A stretch of 10,913 nt of DNA from Methanomassiliicoccaceae archaeon (GTDB taxonomy: Archaea > Thermoplasmatota > Thermoplasmata > Methanomassiliicoccales > Methanomassiliicoccaceae): positions 1 through 10,913 of the forward strand of contig CAVSJV010000011.1 in NCBI GenBank assembly GCA_963728405.1, given 5' to 3'. Below are positions 1 through 7,639 of the stretch, one piece after another. Made by a program: the position numbers and the translations under genes. Every line of letters begins with the position of its first letter. Position 1 is the first letter of the stretch. The notes below the pieces were generated by a model. It had not been told where the DNA came from. It searched no databases and saw nothing but the letters and a program-made list of their open reading frames with translations.

Positions 1-100
1 CTACTATCATCTGGCTCATCCTAATTTTCCCAATTCCATTTGTAAACGCCTTTACCGGCTGAAGAGCGGGAATTCTTCCTTGACTTCATAGGCTCCGCTT

Positions 101-271
101 TCATCTTCTCAACAACAGCTGATCAAGGTACTTGATGACACCCGTTCGCATGATGTCCGATCGGCCGAGCCTGGTCCACCTCGACATCTTTATCAGCTCT
201 TTATGGAGTGGTACGGGCAGGTAGACGGACGCGTGGACTGTGGTCTTCTTGTTGGTCGTATTCGTAGGCAT
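101..271 (-). CDS. Ribbon-helix-helix (CopG/Arc/MetJ-like) DNA-binding protein, 56 aa as read
   Basis: Manual translation (not in ORF track): MPTNTTNKKTTVHASVYLPVPLHKELIKMSRWTRLGRSDIMRTGVIKYLDQLLLRR. Alternating beta strand (VHASVYLP), helix A, then G-R-S-D-I-M-R-x-G-V helix B match the RHH pattern. A frameshift near 120 would extend the C-terminus (AVVEKMKAEPMKSRKN...WNWEN*). Confidence 0.75.
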   Translation of the reverse strand: MPTNTTNKKTTVHASVYLPVPLHKELIKMSRWTRLGRSDIMRTGVIKYLDQLLLRR

Positions 272-477
272 GTTAACACATATGTACGAGGTAGCATTAT
301 AGAGATGTCCAGATAGTTATTTTCATCTTAAATTAATCTATTATATTCCTATGGAATCGGAGGCAGTTTCCTATCAGCAAACCGACCAAACTAACTGTCG
401 TAATTTGGCGCATGAGTCTCAATGACGCTCCGTCGCGAGCGACTCCAGGCCGCAGCGTTCAGTCCGGTAAGCGCATG

Positions 478-514
478 TGGGATGTCGTCCGAGACGGCAG
501 CCCATTTTCTTTCT
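478..514 (+). terminator. Stem-loop followed by T-rich tract, terminator-like
   Basis: TGGG-A-TGTCGTC-CGA-GACGGCA-G-CCCA (11 pairs including one G-U) followed by TTTTCTTTCT. Confidence 0.5.
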
Positions 515-570
515 AGAACGGACCCCTCCCTTCCAGAAGTAGGACCCTGCTTGTGCCGGTTGCCGATCAT

Positions 571-983
571 CTAGCAGTTGCAGGACCGCGGCCCTAGCAT
601 TATTTCCTTCAGCTTCTCGGTCGTCCGCTCCATCTCCTCGGCCGTCATCGGCTTGATGGGGTAGCAGACCATGTCGTTCTTCCTGGCCTTCTCCTTGTCC
701 AGATTAGAGTCGGAGCCGGTCAGAACGATCACTGGAGTGGTCTTGCTTATTCCCCTGTTCTTTTAAGAATTCCAGGACCTCGTGACCACTGACTCGGGGC
801 AGATTGAGGTCAATGATGATAAGACCGGCCTGCCCAACATCGTCGAAGAACTTGATCGCTTTCTCCCCCATTATCGAGCCAAATCAGCTCATGCACGATC
901 CCAGTATCTTTGATCAGCTCTCTGATAATGTCCGCATCAGGCCGATTGTCCTCAATGAGCAGGATCCGGTGGCCTTCGTTCAT
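571..983 (-). CDS. Single-domain response regulator (CheY-like receiver, Rcp1-type), two apparent 1-nt frameshifts
   Basis: Reconstructed MNEGHRILLIEDNRPDADIIRELIKDTGIVHELIWLDNGEKAIKFFDDVGQAGLIIIDLNLPRVSGHEVLEFLKEQGISKTTPVIVLTGSDSNLDKEKARKNDMVCYPIKPMT... It has the ED acidic pair, phosphoacceptor DLNLP, LT and KP motifs. Shifts fall in C-runs at 865-869 and 752-755. The ATG (983) directly abuts the kinase TAG (984-986). Confidence 0.92.
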
Positions 984-2901
984 CTACCTCGCCCTCTCGC
1001 CTGTCTTAGGTACGGTGAAAAAGAAGGTCGTACCCTTGCCGACCTCCGACTCGATCCAGATGCGACCGCCGTGCCGCTCCACGATCTTCTTGCTTATGGC
1101 CAGCCCGATACCGGTGCCAGGATATTCATTTTGAGTATGCAGTCTCTGGAACATCTGGAACAGCTTGTTGTGATACTTCGGATCGATGCCGATGCCGTTG
1201 TCCTTGACCGAGATGGTCCACTCTTGATCGCGCTCTTGAGAAGTGATCTCTACTCTCGGCGGCTCTGGCCCGTGGAACTTGATGGCGTTGCTGATGAGGT
1301 TCTGGAGCACCTGAGATAATTGCGTCGCATCCCCGAAAACGGTCGGCAGGGGGCCGACGATCGACCACTGCCCTGCTCTCCCCGATCACCACATGCAGGT
1401 TGTCGATCGCTCTCTCCGCTACCTGCTCCAGATCAACGGCCGAGAACTCTTCGCCCTGCATATGGATGCGCGAGTATTGCAGCAGATCGTTGATGAGCTC
1501 CCTCATGCGTGCGGCACCGGCGTTCGCCGCTGGCCGTGTACCCCTTGGCCTGGTCGTTGAGCTCATCGCCATACTTCTTGTTGAGCAGACCCAGATAGCT
1601 CATGATCATTCGGAGCGGCTCTTGAAGATCGTGACTGGCTACATAAGCGAACTGCTGCAGCTCGGCGTTGGAGCGCTCGAAGACTGGTGAAGTCACGGTC
1701 TGCTCCACCTCTTCGGTTATTTCGGTGTTGGTGCCGAACCAGCGAGCGACCTTGCCGCTCTCGTCCTTCACCGGCAGTACCCGCGTCAGGAAGGGACGGA
1801 ACACTCCGTCGGCGCCCCGCAGCGGGAACACCATGTCGAACGGTTGGCCGGTGGCTATCGAGCCCTTCCATTGATCGAGGACCTTCGGCGGTACATCGGG
1901 GTTGTGCACCGACTGCCAGCCCCAGGGGCCCATCTGCTCTGGGGTGGTGCCGGTGTAATCGTACCACTGCCTGTTATACCAGAAGATCGAGCCGTTCGCG
2001 TCAGCCATCCACGCTAACTGAGGGATGTTGTTCGGCGAGCATTGCAGGAGCGCTCCTCGCTCTCCTTGAGCGCTTCCTCCGCTCGTTTGCGGTCGGTGAT
2101 GTCCACGAGAGAGGAGAGCATTATCTCCTCCCCCTTGAATTCAATGACCTGAGCCAAATCAACGTGGTCCAGATTTTGGCCGTTCTTCTTACAAACACTA
2201 AGTTGTAGTTCCCCATGTTGTTAATGGAGCCTTTCTGTTTTAGCTCATTAACAACATTTTGGCGATCCTTCTGGGTTGGCCATAAGTTCAGTTCGGTGGT
2301 CGTTCGACCTGGATCGCTCATCCCTTGCCATACTCCAACATTTTGAGGCCTTGGTCATTCGCGTGAATGATCTTGCCGTCGCTCAAACGCGTGATGTAGG
2401 TCGAAGCTGAGGAACCGTGGAAAGCGCCTGGAAAACTTTTCCTCACTTTCCTTTAGCACTTCCTCCACCCGCTTGCGTTCGGTAACGTTTTCTTGGATCA
2501 TCACCAGCAAGTCCGGCCTCCCTGTGCCGTTCTCGATGGGGATAGCAGACCAGTTGACCCAGAACTCGATCCCGTCCTCGTTTTTGGCTCGGAACTCTCT
2601 GATCTCCAACTTCTCCTTGGTCTCGGAGACCCGGCGGAGAATTCGTAAGACGGGGCTCTTCTCACCGCCTGTGACGAAGTCTACCAACTTCACACCGACG
2701 AGGTTTGGTTCTTGAACCTCCCGGGAAGAAAGTGGCAAGAATCGTCGCTGATGTACTCTACTTCGAACTCGTCCAGGAGAGGTAGAAAACAGCGCCTGGT
2801 AGCCCGTTGATGATGCTCCCGAACAGCACCACATTTCGTCCGCTCCCTTTGGCCCAGTCATGGTCCCCGGCCATCGCTGCTTCGTGCATATGGGCAACCA
2901 T
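984..2901 (-). CDS. Cytoplasmic multi-PAS sensor histidine kinase (3 PAS/PAC + HisKA + HATPase_c, Cph1-like transmitter), multiple apparent frameshifts
   Basis: ORF-track pieces 2355-2897, 2121-2321, 1433-2008, 1126-1572 and 984-1310 concatenate. PAC linkers [19 protein letters not shown] and [31 protein letters not shown]...[11 protein letters not shown]-box [15 protein letters not shown]-box [11 protein letters not shown]1 DNGIGI, G2 GTGIGLAI. Probable start ATG at 2901 ([10 protein letters not shown]...). Confidence 0.93.
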
Positions 2902-3257
2902 CCTAGATGTAAACGTTAATTAACTCCACCCACGAGGAAAATACGAAGGGCTTGTTGATTATTATATTGTATCCTACTCACTTTCGGCACTCCCCCCCCC
3001 TTAAGCCACTTACCCTTGTTGCCCCTATCTCAAGCTCATGCCAAGTCCACCCCACCGAGAGTATTCTCGAAGAAGACGGTCCCATTTACATACTACGGCC
3101 ATGAACAGAAAGTAAGGTTTGCCTTCAATCGAATTATGGTCGAGGGAAGATGTGAGAGCCGTAGGCAGGGAATGCGCGTTAATTCCCAACGATTGCCGAT
3201 GGGCGCTCCCAAGTAGGTCCTAATCTGCGGATGAATTGGAAATGAACGGGACCACCT

Positions 3258-3438
3258 TCAGGTGACTGTCCAGGTGGTGCCATCCGTGTTATGGTCACTG
3301 TTCCATTGAGGTCGGTGCGGTAGATGGTCACACTATGGGCGTTCAGAAGAGACGGGATAGCGTATCGGAAGTCGGATGGCCATAGCTGTTTCCAGCCCTA
3401 ACCCCTATAACAGCGAGATTTGGCGAGGTCGATAGGAG
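3258..3438 (-). pseudogene. C-terminal remnant of a ComEC/Rec2-type metallo-beta-lactamase-fold hydrolase
   Basis: Manual translation across two shifts: LLSTSPNLAVIGVRAGNSYGHPTSDTLSRL / LNAHSVTIYRTDLNGTVTIT / DGTTWTVT*. This matches the NxYGHP...YRTDxxGxxxxxTDG signature. No HHGS or HxHxDH motif seen upstream. Confidence 0.75.
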
Positions 3439-3604
3439 TTGCCTAGCTACACTGGATTTGGGCGACGCCTGGTTACTCCAAGGCGGCGGTATAGGTGGAA
3501 TCATAGTCCGAGAAACTTACCGCGGGGTTCATCTTTTGTGGCTATGATGTCCGCCATGGTCGCGTGGAATCAGATCGTTCTAGCAACCGGGATGCAGATA
3601 ACCA

Positions 3605-3787
3605 ATGAAAGAGGAAAGAGCCCCCGACCCGATGAGGGTCAATACGCCGCTCAAGCACTATCGTGTGAAAAAAGGTTTGTGCTTGTCATGCGGCCGCGAG
3701 GAGTGCGATAGTCGTTCGCCCCTGGTCTGCCAATGTACCATCTACGAGGACCTGGCCATCCGAGCTCCGAGGCGGTCAATTCAGTAG
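3605..3787 (+). CDS. Small Cys-rich hypothetical protein (possible zinc-binding)
   Basis: 60 aa ORF with CLSC-x4-C-x7-CQC. No recognised family and no clear promoter. Confidence 0.4.
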   Translation: MKEERAPDPMRVNTPLKHYRVKKGLCLSCGREECDSRSPLVCQCTIYEDLAIRAPRRSIQ

Positions 3788-4080
3788 GAGACCTAACTAT
3801 GTGGTCAAAAAGGAAGGGGGGACAATTACTTGACGCCTTATGGGGGAGATGGTGTCGTCCATTGAGGGAAAGGCCCTCATTGATGGCAAATCTTAAGGAT
3901 TTTTATACCTTTCCGGCAAATATGACGGCTCGATCAAAAGGGTATGGCTTTTACCCTCTCCCATTTTTCTATCCAGATGAGTAACCTAGAACTGGAATTT
4001 TTGAGGGAGGGGGAAGGACCTCCTTATTCTACAAATAATTTATCTTTGGGTTGTTGGAACACCATTACGAGGAGCGCTTA

Positions 4081-5199
4081 ATGGGATCCAACCGGCTCGT
4101 TGAGCTCGACATCTTGAAGGCGATGGCGATCCTGGCGATTGTGGTCGCCCGTGTGCTAGAAGATGGTACCGGCCTTTGCCAGTGTGAGCTGGTTGTTGAC
4201 GTTGAGCGTTTGGACCGGCGTCACCGGCCTAAGCATATTCTTCTTCACCTCTGGGTACTCCTTGATGCTCAAGAAGCCCACTTTCGACCGCCCTCGCGAC
4301 ATCCTTGATTTTCCTCCGGAAGCGTTTTGTGAGAATATACCCGCTCTATTGGGTGGCGCTGATCGTCGCCACAATCGTCATAGCTCCCCGGGCAGTCGGT
4401 GAAGTCCTCTCGCTCTGACCAACCTCACAGCCCTGCAGCAGCTCTCAGGGTAAGCGGCCTGCAGATCCTATTCTACCCTAAGCTGGTACCCTACCTTGGT
4501 ATTCTATGGTTCGTCAGCATTCCTGTGATTTTCTACCTCTTCTTTCCCGTACTGATCTACTTGGCCGATGCGGCTATTTTCAGGTTTCACCAGGTCCCTC
4601 TTCCTCGTCGCCTTGGCCATCTTCGCAGTCCTGGTCGTTGTCTCTTTCATCACCGGTGCCGTGGGACTGGGCCAGGTGTACATTTACTACTGGATCTTCA
4701 TCGCCGGGATTCTCCTCGGAAGGGGGGCGAATCTCGGAGATAAAGAGTCCTCAGGTCCTAAAAGTCTGCCTGGCTTCCGGGGTGGGCTTTCCCTCATATA
4801 TGCCTCAGGCGGGGGCATGCTCGGGCTGGTATGTAAGTTAATCCCGCCCTCCCTTGATTCCAACCATCCACATCGCCCTAATCGGCGTGATCGGTGTCTC
4901 CGTTCTCCATCTTCTTCGTCAACTTGTACGAAAAGATATGCTACCGGCTTAATCGCCAGGGTGGTTAAAAGAGTCGGCCCGTCAACCTATTCGATATACC
5001 TCTTCCACATCTACTTCCTCACGCTGTTCGCGGTCCTGGGGGCGAGCGTGAGCCCCGGGGCTGCGCCGATCTTGGTGGTTGCCCTAGGGATCCCCTGTGC
5101 GATTATCGTTCCTGCTGCTACATCCAAGCCTTGGTCGACCGTACCATGAAATTATATGCTAACAAAGAAGCACCGAGGGGCTCAGACCCCCATGCTTAA
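4081..5199 (+). CDS. Acyltransferase family 3 (OafA/YrhL-like) integral membrane O-acyltransferase, multiple apparent frameshifts
   Basis: N-terminal RLVELDILKAMAILAIVVA, FFFTSGYSL, LWFVSIPVIFYLFFP and TYSIYLFH motifs spread over successive frames, with many hydrophobic segments. GAGGAG at 4069-4074 precedes ATG 4081. The last frame ends ...PRGSDPHA* at 5199. Confidence 0.88.
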
Positions 5200-5383
5200 G
5201 CACGGCCTTGATCTATAAGCTAACTTGATCGCAATCCCCGAGCCAGATGATTGGTGATTGGAACTGAAAGTTACCGATCGCGACTTGGGCCTAGTTGAGG
5301 CAAAGAAAGGAAGTGGTTTAGGACTATTTTTCATAGCCTCGAACAAGCGCTCTGTACACGAGGACGGTACAATTGAGGGGTCA

Positions 5384-5424
5384 GCCAGACAGTTTGGCGG
5401 TTTAAAATCCCGCTCGGCCCATCA
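5384..5424 (+). repeat. Site S1: copy of the palindromic att-like motif (outer right TGGC missing)
   Basis: GCCAGACAGTTTGGCGGTTTAAAATCCCGCTCGGCCCATCA; 29/41 columns identical to S3 by hand alignment. Confidence 0.65.
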
Positions 5425-5447
5425 ATTCATTACAATGATCCCATCTT

Positions 5448-5552
5448 GTGTCCCAACGGCTTGCCAAATAGAGGTTGTGGAGGAAGTATTTCGATAGCCA
5501 GTAATAAGTCCAGCCCAACCGCCCGACTTCTACGAGAATATACATCATGGCA
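5448..5552 (-). pseudogene. Possible highly decayed tyrosine-recombinase box II fragment
   Basis: One frame reads CHDVYSRRS...FGKPLGHK, resembling HxxRR...LGH with imperfect spacing. Same strand and relative position as the two clearer fragments. Confidence 0.3.
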
Positions 5553-5700
5553 GTTCTTGGAACTAGGCACCGTTAAGGGGGCTTCGTTTTCACTGGTCGA
5601 TGGTAAGAACTGCAGAGGACCATCCGCAGCTCCACCGGAGCATCGTGAATGCTAACGCCCTCCAATACGGTCACAGAATTTTTGAAATTTTCGAGGGTTG

Positions 5701-5753
5701 GCCAGATAATAATAATGAGTTCAAATCTCTTCGGGCTCACTAATTCTTCTGGC
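5701..5753 (+). repeat. Site S2: palindromic att-like motif containing a tRNA 3'-end-like core
   Basis: GCCAGA...TGAGTTC-AAATCTCTTC-GGGCTCA...TCTGGC. Bases 5717-5742 (GAG-TTCAAAT-CTC-TT-CGGGCTC-A-CTA) have the layout of T-loop, T-stem, acceptor strand and discriminator. No 5' tRNA half is present. Confidence 0.65.
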
Positions 5754-5754
5754 T

Positions 5755-6000
5755 TCACTCGTTTTCCCCAATAGTGTTGGGAAACGCCCTTACATTGCGA
5801 ACAACATCGGCATTATGTTTTTCCTGGAAGGCCTGAGGGTTCGCCCTCATCTTCATTCTTATCAGGTCCAGATAGTCGTCCTTCTTCTCCTGGACCTTGG
5901 CGTAATCAAGGGTAAATCCTAGATAGATCATGGTCGTCCTGGTATCGGCATGACCCAGCATGGTGGATACCTCGGTTATTGACGATCCATTCAGGGTCGT
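5755..6000 (-). pseudogene. Tyrosine recombinase/integrase C-terminal fragment
   Basis: NGSSITEVSTMLGHADTRTTMIYLG is the box II LGH...TTxxY motif with the catalytic Tyr. The upstream HxxR and R motifs are absent. The fragment begins at S3 and ends next to S2. Confidence 0.85.
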
Positions 6001-6007
6001 CAATTTG

Positions 6008-6057
6008 GCCAGACGATTTCGTGGGCAGAAATCCGCTCTGTCCACCATCATCCTGGC
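6008..6057 (+). repeat. Site S3: palindromic att-like motif
   Basis: GCCAGACGAT-TTC-GTGGGCAGA-AATCCGC-TCTGTCCAC-C-ATCATCCTGGC, with nested inverted arms around a 7 bp spacer. Confidence 0.7.
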
Positions 6058-6270
6058 TCAATATGTTAGTTTCCGTTTACGGAAAATAGATGCTGGCCTA
6101 ATATAAACCAAGCCGCCCCATCGCGTCGTCATATTGTCCACGTCCAAGCCCAGATGGCTAATGGCCATCTTAGTGTCGAAGTGCCCGAAGATTGGGGTAT
6201 TGTCAACGAACTGGTAGCCGGGCCCGATGTGGGCCGCCTGAACACAACCCCCCGCCAGGACCGCTTGCAC
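6058..6270 (-). pseudogene. Second, more decayed tyrosine recombinase C-terminal fragment
   Basis: IFGHFDTKMAISHLGLDVDNM aligns with MLGHADTRTTMIYLGFTLDY of the neighbouring fragment (Tyr replaced by His). With frameshifts the reading runs on into S3 (SQDDGGQSG). Confidence 0.65.
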
Positions 6271-6304
6271 TTGCTAGTACCTCTATGTCAGTTCCGGAGA
6301 CGCG

Positions 6305-6357
6305 CCCCCTGCTTGTGGTGGAAAGGGGGGAATTAGGCAATCCCCGGGAACAGTGGC
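6305..6357 (-). repeat. Site S4: inverted, diverged copy of the motif
   Basis: Minus strand GCCACTGTTCCCGGGGATTGCCT-AATTCCCCCCTTTCCACCA. Bases 6316-6334 match S3 6029-6047 at 15/19, with GCCA at near-equivalent spacing. Confidence 0.45.
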
Positions 6358-6372
6358 ATTATGAAAAACCAT

Positions 6373-7286
6373 CTAAACTGAAAATAGCTTGGTGCTTAGG
6401 TATTTCTCTCCCCGGTCAGGTAAAATAGTTATAATAACGCGGACTCTATCTGCTTGGCTATCTCGATGGCAGCATACATTGCGGCACCGCTGCTCATACC
6501 AACGAAGATCCTTTCCTGTTTAACGATCTGACGGGTCATCTCATAGGCTATTTCCGTCTCGACCATGATGGTGGCGTCGATCTGGGTGGGGTCATATATC
6601 GCCGGGACAATGGCTTCTTCCATGTTCTTTAATCCCTGGATATAGTGCCCTTTAACAGGATGAGCGCTGACTATCTTTATTTGCGGATTATGTTCCTTTA
6701 ACGCTTTACCTACGCCCATTATCGTGCCAGAAGTGCCTAACGCCGACACAAAATAGTCTACTTTGCCTCCAGTTTGCTTCCAGATCTCATCCCCGGTCGT
6801 CTTATAATGCGCAAGCTGGTTATACTGGTTGGAAAACTGGTCCGGCATGAAGTACTTTTGAGGATTTGCCTTGACCAATTCCCGTGCTTTTCTAATGGCG
6901 CCGTCGGTGCCGTATTTCCCCTCGCTTAAGGTGACGATTCCGCCGAACGCTTTGATCATCTGCCGTCTCTCTACCGAGACGGACTCACTCATAACGATCT
7001 CTACTTCATACCCTTTGATCGCACCGATCATCGCTAAAGCCACCCCGGTATTCCCCGACGTTGGTTCGATGATAGTTTTACCTTTGGTCAGCGTGCCCTC
7101 ATCTTCAGCCTGCTGGATCATGCTCAAGGCAATCCGGTCTTTGATACTGCCAGTAGGATTGAATCCCTCTACTTTGGCATATATCGTCGTGTTCTTGTTC
7201 GGATTAAGCTTGTTTATCCTGACCAAGGGGGTATTGCCGATCGTCTGGAGGATGTTTTCTTTGAAATCGGCCGATGGCGTTTTCAT
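6373..7286 (-). CDS. cysM: Cysteine synthase family PLP enzyme (CysM-like), one apparent frameshift near 6440
   Basis: IGNTPLVRI, NPTGSIKDRIA (PLP Lys), EPTSGNTG, GTSGT, GMSSGAA. A shifted frame supplies the conserved end VIITILPDRGEKYLSTKLFSV* (TAG 6373-6375). The IQGLKNMEEAIVPAIYDP loop looks more CysM-like than CysK-like; that sub-call is less certain. Confidence 0.9.
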
Positions 7287-7317
7287 GTTATGTTCCCCCT
7301 GTGAAAGGGGAGAGCAT

Positions 7318-7332
7318 TTATAATAAATATAT
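7318..7332 (-). promoter_or_regulatory. Archaeal TATA box of the cysteine synthase gene
   Basis: Minus strand TATATTTATTATAA, 32-46 nt upstream of ATG 7286. Confidence 0.55.
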
Positions 7333-7522
7333 CACAGCTAAGAAATATCAGCGACTAGTGCGGTTGTTGGGTGAGGTTAAAAAGTGACGATAGTTACACC
7401 AAACTGGAAGCCCGGCTAAATCTCGACACCCGATAACCCAGACCAATTACATAATCATAGTTGGAAGGGTTTGATTGTTTTGTTCGTCCCTCGCAAGATT
7501 TTTGGATTCCCGGAAATATTTT

Positions 7523-7582
7523 GGTGCCATCCAAGCGGTTTAGTTGACACAAATCCTGCTCTGTTCACCTAACAATGGCACC
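7523..7582 (+). repeat. Site S5: palindromic att-like motif
   Basis: GGTGCCAT...TTAGTTGACACA-AATCCTGC-TCTGTTCACCTAA...ATGGCACC. Perfect 8 bp outer inverted repeat; 7531-7569 matches S3 6009-6046 at 30/39 columns. Confidence 0.7.
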
Positions 7583-7620
7583 TGATTTCATCTCCCGAAC
7601 ATTTCGATAAATTTTGCAGA

Positions 7621-7639
7621 ACACCCCTTCGGTGGGTGC
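7621..7639. terminator. Small GC hairpin directly after the stop of the minus-strand membrane ORF
   Basis: ACACCC-CTTCGGT-GGGTGC; no clear T-tract. Confidence 0.3.

Noticed and set aside
545-555. 11-mer CCCTGCTTGTG shared with 6307-6317
   Set aside because: An isolated 11-mer match is expected by chance in 11 kb, and the flanks do not align.
804-2715. Long + strand ORFs (804-1319, 1400-1690, 1687-2208, 2473-2715)
   Set aside because: Antisense shadows of the kinase/regulator genes; no independent motifs.
984-2901. Phytochrome or LOV photoreceptor
   Set aside because: The transmitter is Cph1-like, but no GAF/PHY domain or GxNCRFLQ motif was seen.
3016-3216. 66 aa + strand ORF (also 3439-3711, 3733-3984 and 5258-5497)
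   Set aside because: No recognisable motifs or translation signals; several rely on non-ATG starts or overlap better-supported features.
3800-3829. TGTGGTCAAAAAGGAAGGGGGGACAATTAC as a further site upstream of the acyltransferase
   Set aside because: Similarity to S4 is low-complexity purine sequence needing several gaps; no arms.
5660-5745. Complete tRNA gene
   Set aside because: No 5' acceptor strand, D-arm or anticodon arm upstream of the T-loop-like sequence.
5384-7582. CRISPR array or canonical integron attC array
   Set aside because: Copies are too divergent and too far apart for CRISPR, and no cas genes are present. The RYYYAAC...GTTRRRY order is not found (ACCTAAC in S5 is on the wrong arm) and there is no intI.
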